DNA of 64,000 nt, taken from contig CAWGSK010000009.1 of assembly GCA_963825055.1 (NCBI GenBank), positions 96,001-160,000 of the forward strand. The letters are read 5' to 3'. Under the pieces are notes generated by a model that saw only the letters and a list, made by a program, of their open reading frames with translations, was not told where the DNA came from and did not search any database. Shown one piece after another: positions 9,498 through 19,494 of the stretch. Each line of letters starts with the position of its first letter. Position 1 is the first letter of the stretch. Made by a program: the position numbers and the translations under genes. This stretch comes from an uncultured Gemmatimonadales bacterium (GTDB lineage Bacteria > Gemmatimonadota > Gemmatimonadetes > Gemmatimonadales > GWC2-71-9).

Positions 9498-10169
9498 ATG
9501 AAGCACGGAATCGGGCCGTCCTGGGGCGTCTTCGCCCTGGCGGCCCTCGCTGCCTGCGGCACCGCCGCAACCACTCCCACGACGACACCAGCCCCAACCA
9601 CCGCTGCCCCGGCCGCCTCGGCTGCCCAGGGCGCCACGATGGACAGCGTGCGCAACTCGGCCACGCAGGCGGACGTCGATTTCATGACCGGCATGATCCA
9701 CCACCATGCCCAGGCCATCGTGATGTCACGCTGGGCACCGACGCACGGGGCCAGCCCCGGGGTTCAGACGCTGGCGAGCCGGATCATCAACGCCCAGCGC
9801 GACGAAATCCTGACGATGCAGAACTGGCTTCGCGACCACGGCAGGCCGGTGCCCGACGTCAGCGATGAGGCTGCCGGAAAGTCCATGAGCCACAACATGC
9901 ACATGGAGGGCATGCTGACGAAGGAGCAGCTCGATGCGCTCGATGCCGCGCGCGGCGAACAGTTCGACCAGCTATTCCTCCGCGGCATGATCCAGCATCA
10001 TTCCGGCGCCGTCACCATGGTGGACGACCTCTTCGGCTCCTACGGTGCCGCCCAGAACGACCTCGTCTACAAGATCGCCTCCGACATCAGTGCCGACCAG
10101 ACCACGGAGATCGAGCGCATGCGCAAGATGCTCGGCGCCATCGTCACCGAGTCCTGGAGCCGCAAGTGA
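9498..10169 (+). CDS. DUF305 family lipoprotein (ferritin-like, paired HH motifs)
   Basis: AGGAGG RBS, lipobox LAAC, FMTGMIHHHAQA and FLRGMIQHHSGA. Confidence 0.85.
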   Translation: MKHGIGPSWGVFALAALAACGTAATTPTTTPAPTTAAPAASAAQGATMDSVRNSATQADVDFMTGMIHHHAQAIVMSRWAPTHGASPGVQTLASRIINAQRDEILTMQNWLRDHGRPVPDVSDEAAGKSMSHNMHMEGMLTKEQLDALDAARGEQFDQLFLRGMIQHHSGAVTMVDDLFGSYGAAQNDLVYKIASDISADQTTEIERMRKMLGAIVTESWSRK

Positions 10170-10216
10170 ACCCTGACCGCGCACCACTTCTGTCCCCCTT
10201 CTCCACGGAATTGCCC

Positions 10217-12205
10217 ATGACACGCCTTTCGTCCTCGCTGCGCCCCCTGGGATTGCTGTTCGGGATCGCGGCACTTGCCTCCTGTGCGGGATCCTCCGGC
10301 ACATCGTCGCCCGCGCCGTCCCGGATGGGTCCGGCGCCCGCGCCCCTGTCCTCGGTTTCGGCCCCCACGCCTGATCCGCGCGTCGGGCTGAGCGCCGGCA
10401 AGATGGACGCCGGGGTGGCCTCCTGGAACATGCGCCTGCTGGCCAATCGCCTGGCTCCCGAGCCGTTCTCCGACGCGACGCACTCGGACCTGGCATTCCG
10501 GGGCCAGTACGCGATCCAGGGCAATTACAACGGCATCCTGTTCTGGGACCTCACGAATCCCTCGGCCCCGGTCCTGGCGAACTCCCTCTTCTGCCCGGCC
10601 TCCCAGAACGACGTGTCCGTCTACCAGAACCTGCTCTTCGTGTCAGCCGAGGGCATGAATGGCCGGGTCGACTGCGGCGGGCAGGGCGTGCCGGACACGG
10701 TGAGCGCCGAGCGCATGCGCGGCGTCCGCATCTTTGACATCACCGACATCCATAACCCGCGCAACGTCGCCAACGTGCAGACCTGCCGGGGATCCCATAC
10801 GCACACGGTGCTGGTGGATCCGAACGACAAGGAGAACGTGTACGTGTACGTCTCCGGCCAGGCCGGCGTCCGCTCGCCGAACGAACTGGCGGGCTGCTCG
10901 CACATGGCGCCGGATGAGGACCCGAATTCGGCCCTGTTCCGGATCGAGGTCATCAAGGTGCCCCTGGCACACCCGAACCAGGCCGCGATCGTCAGCCACC
11001 CGCGGATCTTCAACGAACTGGCCGCCCCGCCGACCCACGGGTTGAGCCCCGAGGACCGGGCCGCGCTCGAGCAGCAGCGGGCCCGCGGCGCCTTCATCGT
11101 GACGGTGAATGACCAGGAACTGGCGCTGCCCGACGGCTTCGCCCGCATGCTGCTGGACAGCACGGTGAAGGCCCGGGGCGGTACCGGCGCCCCGACCGCG
11201 GCCGACAGCTCGGCCCTCCGCGACGGGCTGCCGGCCCTCGTGGCCCTGCTCACCGGCGGCAACGCCAACAAGCCGACCGGCCCGAACCAGTGCCATGACA
11301 TCACGGTCTATCCGCAGATCGGGCTGGCGGGCGGCGCCTGCGCCGGCTACGGACTGCTCCTCGACATCAGCAACCCGACCCAGCCACGCCGGCTCGATGC
11401 CGTCTCTGATTCGAACTTCAGCTACTGGCATTCCGCGACGTTCAACAACGACGGCACCAAGCTCCTCTTCTCGGACGAATGGGGCGGCGGCGGCCAGCCG
11501 AAGTGCCGCGCCACGGACCCGAAGGAGTGGGGCGCGGACGCCATCTTCACCCTGAAGGACCGGCACCTCACCTTCGCGAGCTATTACAAGATGCCGGCGG
11601 CCCAGACGGCGGAGGAGAATTGCGTGGCCCACAACGGGTCGCTCATCCCCGTCCCCGGGCGCGACGTAATGGTGCAGGCGTGGTACCAGGGCGGCGTGTC
11701 GGTGTTCGACTGGACCGACGCGGCGCACCCGACCGAGATCGCGTTCTATGACCGCGGCCCGATCGATTCCACCAAGATGGCAAGCGGCGGATCCTGGTCG
11801 ATCTACTGGTACAACGGCGTCATGGTCAGCTCCGAGATCTCCCGTGGCCTCGACGTCTTCGAGCTCACGCCGAGCCCGGCGCTGACCCGGAACGAGATCG
11901 ACGCCGCGAAGACGGCACACCTCGCATACCTGAACGTGCAGGGGCAGCCCGGCTACACCTGGCCGCCCAGTTTCGCGCTGGCCCGGGCCTACCTCGACCA
12001 GCTGCAGCGGTCGAACGGGCTCGCCATGGAGCGGATCAACGAGGTGCGGAAGGCCCTCGCGAGCGCCGAGTCGAAGTCAGGCTCCGCCCGCCGGGACGCC
12101 CTCTCCTCCCTCGGGGCCGAACTCCAGAACGACGCCCGTGGCAGCGACCAGGCCCGGGTCCGGAAGCTCGCGGACGCAGTCACGGCCCTGGCGGGCCAGG
12201 GCTGA
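10217..12205 (+). CDS. LVIVD-repeat secreted lipoprotein
   Basis: Lipobox LASC, repeats such as VRIFDITD and LLLDISNP, motifs CHDI, SDEWGGG, CVAHNG, AWYQGG. Alternative start GTG 10166. Confidence 0.75.
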   Translation: MTRLSSSLRPLGLLFGIAALASCAGSSGTSSPAPSRMGPAPAPLSSVSAPTPDPRVGLSAGKMDAGVASWNMRLLANRLAPEPFSDATHSDLAFRGQYAIQGNYNGILFWDLTNPSAPVLANSLFCPASQNDVSVYQNLLFVSAEGMNGRVDCGGQGVPDTVSAERMRGVRIFDITDIHNPRNVANVQTCRGSHTHTVLVDPNDKENVYVYVSGQAGVRSPNELAGCSHMAPDEDPNSALFRIEVIKVPLAHPNQAAIVSHPRIFNELAAPPTHGLSPEDRAALEQQRARGAFIVTVNDQELALPDGFARMLLDSTVKARGGTGAPTAADSSALRDGLPALVALLTGGNANKPTGPNQCHDITVYPQIGLAGGACAGYGLLLDISNPTQPRRLDAVSDSNFSYWHSATFNNDGTKLLFSDEWGGGGQPKCRATDPKEWGADAIFTLKDRHLTFASYYKMPAAQTAEENCVAHNGSLIPVPGRDVMVQAWYQGGVSVFDWTDAAHPTEIAFYDRGPIDSTKMASGGSWSIYWYNGVMVSSEISRGLDVFELTPSPALTRNEIDAAKTAHLAYLNVQGQPGYTWPPSFALARAYLDQLQRSNGLAMERINEVRKALASAESKSGSARRDALSSLGAELQNDARGSDQARVRKLADAVTALAGQG

Positions 12206-12226
12206 CCGACCACATACCGGTATCTT

Positions 12227-12260
12227 CGAGCCGCCCGGGGCACCTGCCCCGGGCGGTTCG
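12227..12260 (+). terminator. GC-rich hairpin after the DUF305-LVIVD operon
   Basis: GAGCCGCCCGGGGCA-CC-TGCCCCGGGCGGTTC. Weak U tail. Confidence 0.65.
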
Positions 12261-12370
12261 TCGTATCGTGGCGCGGCACCTAGATTGGAGACGTCAGGCC
12301 CGGGACTTGCCGACGTTCCGCGCTGTCGCATGACCTCCAAGGCATTGCTGTTCTCTTCTCCGGAGCCGCT

Positions 12371-14140
12371 ATGAGCTGGGAAGCCTGGGCAACGCTGGCT
12401 GTCGCAGGAGGCACCGTGGCCCTGCTCGTCCGGGACGTCGTGGCCCCCGCTTCCGCCATGATGGGGGCGACCGTGCTGCTGCTCCTGCTCGGGATCATCT
12501 CTCCCGGCCAGGCGTTCGCCGGCTTCGGCAATCCGGCGCCGATGACCGTCGCGGCCCTGTATATCCTGGCCCGGGCGGTGGAGAAGACCGGCCTGATGCA
12601 GCCGCTCCTCCATGGCATCCTGCGTTCGGGAGGCAGCCAGCGCAGCACGCTCGCGCGGCTGCTCCTTCCCTCAGCCGCGGGCTCGGCCTTCCTCAACAAC
12701 ACCCCGATTGTCGCGATGCTCATGCCGGTGCTCTCCGACTGGGCCGAGCGGCACCAGCAGTCCCCCTCACGCTACCTGATGCCACTGTCCTTCGCGGTCA
12801 TCCTGGCCGGCGTGGTGACCGCGATCGGCACCAGCACGAACCTCGTGGTCTCGGGCCTGCTGGAGCAGGAGGGCCTGGCGCCGATGGGCATGTTCGAGAT
12901 CACGCCGGTCGGCCTGCCCGTGGCGGTGGCGGGGCTGGCGCTGCTCCTTGTCATCACGCCGTGGCTGCTTGCCGAACGGAAGCCGGCCCACAAGCACCTG
13001 AACGAGGACGTGCGCGAATTCGTGGTGGGGATGGAGGTGGTGGATGGAGGACCGCTGGACGGGGTCGACGTGGAGAAGGCAGGCCTCCGGAACCTGCAGG
13101 GGGTGTACCTGGCCGAACTCGAGCGCGAGGGCAAACGCATCGTGCCCGTGGCGCCGGACACAATCCTGAACGGCGGCGACCGGCTCTGTTTCGTCGGTCG
13201 GGCCGACCAGGTGGTGGACCTCCAGAGCACACGGGGCCTCCGCTCAACCGAGCAGGACCACCTGAACCCCTTCGACACGACGCGTCACGGGTTCTACGAG
13301 GCCGTCGTCGGTGCCGCCTCTCCCCTGATCGGTCGGACCATCAAGGAGATGGCCTTCCGCAGCCGGTACCAGGCGGCCGTGCTCGCCATCCACCGGTCCG
13401 GACACCGCGTCAACGCGAAGCTCGGCGACGTGCGCATCCGCCTGGGTGACTCACTCGTCCTCCTGAGCGACGGCGGCTTCCGCGACCGCTGGCGCGACCG
13501 GGGCGACTTCCTCCTGGTCAGTCCGCTCGGCGGCACCCCGCCCGGCGTCACGAAGAAGGCGTGGATCGTCGCGCTCATCACCTTCGGGATCGTGGGCATG
13601 GCCGGGGCGGGTATCCTGCCCATCCTGCAGGCGGCGCTCATCGGGGCCATCGCGCTGGTCGGCCTCGGCGTCCTCACCGCCGCCGAGGCCCGGAATGCCG
13701 TGGACCTGGACGTGATCATCGTGATCGCGGCCAGCTTCGGGATCGGCGCGGCAATCGAGGCATCGGGCCTGGCGGCGCACATGGCCCACGGGATCGTGTC
13801 CCTGGCGAGCGGAACCGGGTACTACGGGGTACTGGCGGGAGTAGTGCTGGCGACGGTGTGCCTGACCGAGCTGGTCACGAACAATGCCGCGGCAGCCCTG
13901 ATGTTTCCCATCGGCTTCGCGGCGGCAGGGCAGGTCGGCGCCGACCCGCGCGGGTTTGCCATCGCGGTGGCGATCACGGCCTCCGCCTCCTTCCTGACCC
14001 CCATCGGCTACCAGACCAACACCATGGTCTACGGCCCGGGCGGCTACCGCTTCGGCGACTACGCCCGGCTGGGCCTGCCGCTCACGGTGCTGGTCGTGGT
14101 CATCACCATCCTCATGGTGCCCCGGGTGTGGCCGATGTAG
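12371..14140 (+). CDS. SLC13/DASS permease with TrkA-C domains
   Basis: SAFLNNTPIV, IGTSTNLVV, TELVTNNAAA, TPIGYQTN, central soluble region. Confidence 0.9.
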   Translation: MSWEAWATLAVAGGTVALLVRDVVAPASAMMGATVLLLLLGIISPGQAFAGFGNPAPMTVAALYILARAVEKTGLMQPLLHGILRSGGSQRSTLARLLLPSAAGSAFLNNTPIVAMLMPVLSDWAERHQQSPSRYLMPLSFAVILAGVVTAIGTSTNLVVSGLLEQEGLAPMGMFEITPVGLPVAVAGLALLLVITPWLLAERKPAHKHLNEDVREFVVGMEVVDGGPLDGVDVEKAGLRNLQGVYLAELEREGKRIVPVAPDTILNGGDRLCFVGRADQVVDLQSTRGLRSTEQDHLNPFDTTRHGFYEAVVGAASPLIGRTIKEMAFRSRYQAAVLAIHRSGHRVNAKLGDVRIRLGDSLVLLSDGGFRDRWRDRGDFLLVSPLGGTPPGVTKKAWIVALITFGIVGMAGAGILPILQAALIGAIALVGLGVLTAAEARNAVDLDVIIVIAASFGIGAAIEASGLAAHMAHGIVSLASGTGYYGVLAGVVLATVCLTELVTNNAAAALMFPIGFAAAGQVGADPRGFAIAVAITASASFLTPIGYQTNTMVYGPGGYRFGDYARLGLPLTVLVVVITILMVPRVWPM

Positions 14141-14630
14141 CCCGCCCGAGTTCCAGCAACTGCACGTCGAACACCAGTGTCGCATTCGGCGGAATCATCC
14201 CCTGGCCCCCGGCACCATAGGCCAGCCCCGGTGGCAGGACGAGCAGCCTCCGGCTCCCCTGCTGCATGCCAACCAGCCCCTCCTCCCACCCGTCGATCAC
14301 CATGCCACGCCCCAGGATGAACCGGAATGGCGAGCCGGCCGGGCTCCGGTCGAACAGGCGCCCGTCGGGCAGCCATCCGGAATACATGACGGTCACCGTG
14401 TCTCCCGGGCGGGCCGCCGGACCTGAGCCGGCGCCGCGGGAAGCCCAGTAGAGTCCGGATGGCTCGTGGTGCATCGTCGCGAGGTCCACGCGAAGGTCCG
14501 GGGCGAACGTGAGCTCCCCACCGTCCGCCGGAGACCGGCGCTGGTCGGGGCTGCGGAAATCATCGAGGGTGCAGGCGCCGGCGGAAAGCGCGACGGCGAG
14601 CAGGAGCGTGAAGAGTGAGGCGCGTGACAT
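14112..14630 (-). CDS. FKBP-type peptidyl-prolyl isomerase (lipoprotein)
   Basis: YSGWLPDGRLFD, VIDGWEEG, LAYG, IPPNATLVFDVQL. Confidence 0.9.
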   Translation of the reverse strand: MSRASLFTLLLAVALSAGACTLDDFRSPDQRRSPADGGELTFAPDLRVDLATMHHEPSGLYWASRGAGSGPAARPGDTVTVMYSGWLPDGRLFDRSPAGSPFRFILGRGMVIDGWEEGLVGMQQGSRRLLVLPPGLAYGAGGQGMIPPNATLVFDVQLLELGRATSATPGAP

Positions 14631-14709
14631 GGCCGGCGTGTGGTGAAGGGACTGGAGGAATTCCGGGAACGGACAGAATATATTGGGCCGACCATTGACG
14701 GGCGAGACG

Positions 14710-15960
14710 ATGAGCCAGGACGATCCGACCTCCACGCGCCAGTCCCACGAGGTGGATCCCGCCGCAGCGGGGTTCATCCTGCGGCTCGGCCGGGCCCTGC
14801 ACCGTTACGGCTACGACGCCCACATGCTCGAGGACATGCTGGCCTCGGTCTCGACCCGCCTTCGACTCGAGGGGCAGTTCTTCACGACCCCGACTGCGGT
14901 CTTTGCCGCATTCGGCCCCCAGGACGACCAGCAGACCTTCCTGATCCGGGTCGAGCCGGGCGACCAGGATCTGGGCAGGCTGGCACAACTCCATGCGGTA
15001 ACCAGCGCGGTGGTGGACGGAACCCGCCCGCCCGCCGAAGGCTCGCAGGAGATCGAACGGATTCTGGCGGCGGCGCCCCCCTATGGCACCGGCATCACCC
15101 TGGCGGCGTATGCCCTCGTCTCGGGCGCTGCCTCGCGCTTCCTGGGCGGCGGCTGGCGCGAAATCGTCGTCGCAACCGCCATCGGCCTCCTTACCGGACT
15201 CCTTGCGCTTGCCGCCACACGGCTCCGCGCGCTCGCCCGGGTATTCGAACCCGTCGCCGCCGTCCTCGCCTCCGCCACCGCCGCGGCGCTTGCGCTCTGG
15301 ATCGGGCCCTACAGCGTATACAATGCCACCCTCGCCGGGCTCATCGTTCTGATTCCCGGGCTCACACTCACCATCGCGATGACGGAGCTCAATTCCCGGC
15401 ACCTGGTGAGCGGTACCGCGCGACTCACCGGCGCCTTCATCATGTTCCTGGGAATCGGGTTCGGCGTCGCCCTCGGCGCCCGGATCGTGGGCCTGCTGGC
15501 CGGTGGCGCGCTGCCGCCCTTCGTGCAGGCCGTGAAGCTGCCGGGCTGGACGGAGGCCGTCGCCCTGGTCATCGCGCCGCTCGCGTTCGTCGTCCTGCTC
15601 CGGGCAGAGCGACGGGATGCGCCGTGGATCGTGCTGAGCGGCATCCTCGCGGTCATGGGAGGCCGGCTCGGTGCCCACGTGCTCGGGCTGGAGCTTGGCG
15701 TGTTCGCCGGCGCGCTGGTCGTGGGCGTGGCAAGCAACGTTTACGCGAGAACTCTCCATCGGCCGGCGGCCGTGACGCTCGTGCCGGGAATCCTGCTGCT
15801 GGTCCCGGGCAGCATCGGCTTCCGCAGCCTCAGTTCACTGCTGGATCGCGAGGTGGTCCTGGGGATGGATACGGCGTTCCGGATGGTACTGATGGCGATG
15901 GCACTGGTGGCGGGAATGCTGATCTCGAATATGGTGGCCCCGGAACGAAGGGAATACTGA
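14710..15960 (+). CDS. ThrE-family threonine/serine exporter
   Basis: FILRLGRALHRYG, LIPGLTLTIAMTEL, LVSGTARL, LLVPGS, about 10 TM. Confidence 0.85.
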   Translation: MSQDDPTSTRQSHEVDPAAAGFILRLGRALHRYGYDAHMLEDMLASVSTRLRLEGQFFTTPTAVFAAFGPQDDQQTFLIRVEPGDQDLGRLAQLHAVTSAVVDGTRPPAEGSQEIERILAAAPPYGTGITLAAYALVSGAASRFLGGGWREIVVATAIGLLTGLLALAATRLRALARVFEPVAAVLASATAAALALWIGPYSVYNATLAGLIVLIPGLTLTIAMTELNSRHLVSGTARLTGAFIMFLGIGFGVALGARIVGLLAGGALPPFVQAVKLPGWTEAVALVIAPLAFVVLLRAERRDAPWIVLSGILAVMGGRLGAHVLGLELGVFAGALVVGVASNVYARTLHRPAAVTLVPGILLLVPGSIGFRSLSSLLDREVVLGMDTAFRMVLMAMALVAGMLISNMVAPERREY

Positions 15961-15972
15961 GGCATCTTGAAA

Positions 15973-16042
15973 TCGGGTATCGGGGGTCGGGAATCGGGAG
16001 TGAGGACGAATACTCCCCGATACCCGATACCCCATACCCCAT
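15973..16042. repeat. Inverted heptamer arrays (TCGGGTA-type vs CCCGATA/CCCCATA) between convergent genes
   Basis: TCGGGTATCGGGGGTCGGGAATCGGGAGT...ACTCCCCGATACCCGATACCCCATACCCC. Confidence 0.8.
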
Positions 16043-17626
16043 CTACCTGACCACCGCCCCGCTGTCGGTGCGGGATTCCACCATCGCGAACAGGTCCCTC
16101 TGTGTGGCGCCGCGCTTCAGCAGGTTGATCGCGGTGCGGAGCTGGGCGTCTTCCTTCACCGCCCGCCGCTTGGCGGCGCTGTCGCCATAGGCCAGCAGGC
16201 TCACCCGGTTCTCGATCAGGTAATCCACCAGAGGGCGTCCCGCGTCGTACTCCTGCCGGTCCAGTTGGACCCCCCGCTCCTGCAGGTGCGTCCAGAGCTG
16301 TTCCCGCCACGCGGGAATAACCGTGAAATCCGCCGAGGCCGACTTGCGCAGTTCGCGGGCAAGGTCGTTCAGGGCCAGGTTCACATCCTGGCCCTTCGGG
16401 GCAAAGGCACGGGAGAGCGCCTGTTCCGCCGTGGTCAGCGTGTCCGACTCGACCAGCAGGTCGGGCGTGATGGCGCCGCCACCGTACACGATGCGGCCCC
16501 CGTCCGACTTGTACTTCGGCCGCTCCGACAGGGGCACCGAATCCAGTTCCGCCACCCGGTGTGAGCCGACGTCCCGGTCGGGACGCTGGATGCTCCGACC
16601 GCTGGGAGTGTACCACTTGCCGGTGGTGAGCTTGAGCGCCCAGCCGTTGTCCAGCGGGAAGACCGACTGGACGAGGCCCTTGCCGAAGCTGGTGTTGCCC
16701 ACCAGCAGCGCCCGGTCGTGGTCCTGCAGCGCGCCGGCGATGATCTCCGACGCGGACGCCGAGTAGGCATCCGTCAGGACGATGAGGGGAAGGTCGGGGA
16801 GAATCGGGTCTCGCGGGGCCAGGAAACGCTCGGGGTCCGGATCCCGGGACTGGACGCTGTAAACCTCCGTGCCCCGGGGAAGGAAGAAGTTCGTGATCTG
16901 GAGCGCCTGGTCGGTGTACCCTCCACCGTTCCCGCGCAGGTCCAGCACCAGCCCCGCCATGCCCTGTCGTGCCAGTTCCTGAATCGCCGAGCGGACTTCC
17001 GTGGCGGAAGTCTCGGTGATCTGCTGCAGCGGGAGGTAGCCGACACGGCCGTCCAGCATGATCGCGTACGGCACCGACGGGATGTGGATGACCGCGCGGG
17101 TGAGCTTCACCTCCAGCGGCGCCCCGACACCGGCCCGGACGAACCGGACACCCACGTCCGTCCCCGGCTCACCCTTCAGCCGGTCGGTCACGTCCGAGAG
17201 CGGCCAGCCCTTCACCACCTCTCCTTCCACGGCCACGATCCGGTCGCCACGCTCCACCCCCGCTTCCGCGCCCGGCGTGTGCGGGAAGACCCGCGTCACA
17301 GTGATCTGTCCCTCCTGGTCCTCCAGGAGCAGCCCGATCCCGCCGTAGCGGCCTGCCGTGCGGACCGTGAAGCCCGCCATGTCTTCCGGCGAGATCAGGG
17401 CAGCGTAGGGGTCACCCAGCTGGCTCACCAGGCCCCGCGCCGCCTGTTCGTAGATCCGCGAGGTCTGGAGCGTATCCACGAAACGGTTGGAGACCAGGCT
17501 GAAGACCTGGTCGAACAGGACCTGGCTGTTGCGCGTGCTGTGCTGCTGCAGCACGAAGCCGCCGATCAGCACCGGAACCAGGACGAGGGAGAGGAGCGCG
17601 ATTTTTCGGGATCGGGACATGGACAT
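16043..17626 (-). CDS. S41 C-terminal processing peptidase (PDZ)
   Basis: GGIGL PDZ, LDLRGNGGG, SASASEI, SFGKGLVQ, YTPSGRSI. Confidence 0.92.
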   Translation of the reverse strand: MSMSRSRKIALLSLVLVPVLIGGFVLQQHSTRNSQVLFDQVFSLVSNRFVDTLQTSRIYEQAARGLVSQLGDPYAALISPEDMAGFTVRTAGRYGGIGLLLEDQEGQITVTRVFPHTPGAEAGVERGDRIVAVEGEVVKGWPLSDVTDRLKGEPGTDVGVRFVRAGVGAPLEVKLTRAVIHIPSVPYAIMLDGRVGYLPLQQITETSATEVRSAIQELARQGMAGLVLDLRGNGGGYTDQALQITNFFLPRGTEVYSVQSRDPDPERFLAPRDPILPDLPLIVLTDAYSASASEIIAGALQDHDRALLVGNTSFGKGLVQSVFPLDNGWALKLTTGKWYTPSGRSIQRPDRDVGSHRVAELDSVPLSERPKYKSDGGRIVYGGGAITPDLLVESDTLTTAEQALSRAFAPKGQDVNLALNDLARELRKSASADFTVIPAWREQLWTHLQERGVQLDRQEYDAGRPLVDYLIENRVSLLAYGDSAAKRRAVKEDAQLRTAINLLKRGATQRDLFAMVESRTDSGAVVR

Positions 17627-17832
17627 CTCTTCGGACTCGGGGGACTGGAACACCGCCCTACGGCTCGCCGTCTCCAGCGGTTCCAGCAAACGACGTTGCA
17701 GCTTGCACGGATCGGGCCACGGAAGATCTACGGGATTTCCGCCCGACCGTCACGGCCCTTTCCCGGGAGACGTGCGAACGGGCGCCGTCTCCACGCTGGG
17801 CGGAGCCTGTACAGTCGCGATACATTGCAGCC

Positions 17833-19494
17833 ATGCCGCCACAGTTCCGGTCATTCCGGCCTCCCGGGAGGGGCAGCACCCCCTGGGTCCTCCTGGCCCT
17901 CTGGCTCTGCGCCCTGCCGCACCCGGCCGTTGCCCAGCGCAACGGCAGGCTCGATCAGGCGATGGACCGGTACTGGCAGGCCACGCGGGAAACTGACGTG
18001 GACGCCGCCATCGCGCGACTGGCTGCGCTCCGGTTGCCGTTCGACAGCATCGCGAACCGGCTTGCCGCGGGTCGCCCTTACGCGGGCGGGGTCCCGCGCG
18101 GGCTCCAGAACTCGCGCCACCGGACCTCGGACGGGTTCGAGAATCATTATACCATCGTCGTTCCCGACAGCTATGACCCGGCTCACGCCTACCCGGTGCG
18201 GTTCTACCTCCACGGCGGCACCGACACTCCCGACCGGCGCAGCGGCCAGAACTGGGACGCGGAGCGGTTCGCCGATTCGACCCGCATCGCCGTCTTCCCG
18301 TCGGCGTGGCGCGGCAGCCGGTGGTGGCAGGCTTCACAGGTGGAGAACCTGAACGGCATCCTGACCGACCTCAAGCAGACGTACAACGTGGACGAGAACC
18401 GGGTGTACGTCATCGGAGTCTCCGACGGGGGCATTGGCGCGTGGTTCCTGGGTTTCCGCGACCCGACCCCCTGGGCGGCGCTGCTGCCATTCATCTCCAG
18501 CCCGGAGGCCCTGGTCAACCCGAGAATCCGCGCCGACGGTCCGGTCTACGTGCCCAGCCTGCGCAACGTGCCGCTGTACGTGGTCAACGGCTCCCTGGAC
18601 CCGTTCTATCCCGCGCGAAGCGTCGCCGCCGATATCGCGCTGTTCCGGGAGGCGGGGGTGGACGTGACCTTCCGGCCCCAGCCTGAATCCGGCCACGACC
18701 TCCGCTGGTGGCTGGCCGAGCGGCCCGCGATCGATTCCTTCATGGCGGCGCATCCCCGCAACCCGCTCCCGGACAGCGTCTCGTGGGAGACCGAGCGCAC
18801 CGACCGGTACAACCGGGCCTTCTGGGTGGTGGTCGACACCATCGGGCCGGTGCGGGGCGACCATCCGTTCCCATCATTCGACACCATCCGGCCGCTGCCA
18901 CCCGTCCCGTCCCTCGGCGTCCGGGCCGACCCGACCAGCACGGATGGTGTCCGGATCATCGCCGTCGAACTCGGCTCGCTGGGCGCGCGGGCGGGTTTCG
19001 TCCCCGGAGACATGATCACGGCGGTCAACGGCCTGGCGACCCCGACCATGCGGGCGCTCCTGGAGACGACGGGCGGCGCGCGGTGGGGCGATACGCTGCA
19101 CGTGACCGTCAGGCGACCCGGGCTGGTGCGTGACCTCGTCGTGCCGATTCCAGACGAGCCGGACAGTGCGCCGGGCGCGCGGGTGGTGTTTGACCGGCCG
19201 AAGCCGACGGGGCGCATCGAGGTACGGCGGGAAGGCAACACGGTGGAGGTCCTGACCCGGAACGTCCGCAACTACACGCTGCTGCTGAGCCCGGACCAGT
19301 TCGACTTCTCCCGGCCGGTGCGGGTCGTCACCAACGGGCAGGTCACCTTCGACGGGCCCGTCCGGCCGGACGTCGCCACCCTGCTCAAGTGGCATCGCGT
19401 GGACCAGGACCGGCGCATGCTGTTCGGCGCCGAGCTGGAGATCACGGTGCCGTCCCTCGGGAGCTTCGCCGGGGACTCAGCTCCCGGCGGCTGA
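17833..19494 (+). CDS. Secreted alpha/beta hydrolase with PDZ domain
   Basis: Signal peptide, YLHGG, GVSDGG nucleophile elbow, GHDL, PDZ-like AGFVPGDMITAVNG. Confidence 0.7.
   Translation: MPPQFRSFRPPGRGSTPWVLLALWLCALPHPAVAQRNGRLDQAMDRYWQATRETDVDAAIARLAALRLPFDSIANRLAAGRPYAGGVPRGLQNSRHRTSDGFENHYTIVVPDSYDPAHAYPVRFYLHGGTDTPDRRSGQNWDAERFADSTRIAVFPSAWRGSRWWQASQVENLNGILTDLKQTYNVDENRVYVIGVSDGGIGAWFLGFRDPTPWAALLPFISSPEALVNPRIRADGPVYVPSLRNVPLYVVNGSLDPFYPARSVAADIALFREAGVDVTFRPQPESGHDLRWWLAERPAIDSFMAAHPRNPLPDSVSWETERTDRYNRAFWVVVDTIGPVRGDHPFPSFDTIRPLPPVPSLGVRADPTSTDGVRIIAVELGSLGARAGFVPGDMITAVNGLATPTMRALLETTGGARWGDTLHVTVRRPGLVRDLVVPIPDEPDSAPGARVVFDRPKPTGRIEVRREGNTVEVLTRNVRNYTLLLSPDQFDFSRPVRVVTNGQVTFDGPVRPDVATLLKWHRVDQDRRMLFGAELEITVPSLGSFAGDSAPGG

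Noticed and set aside
6768..12205. Complete lasso peptide cluster around the B2-like gene
   Set aside because: No cyclase, RRE/PqqD or precursor-like ORF was seen.
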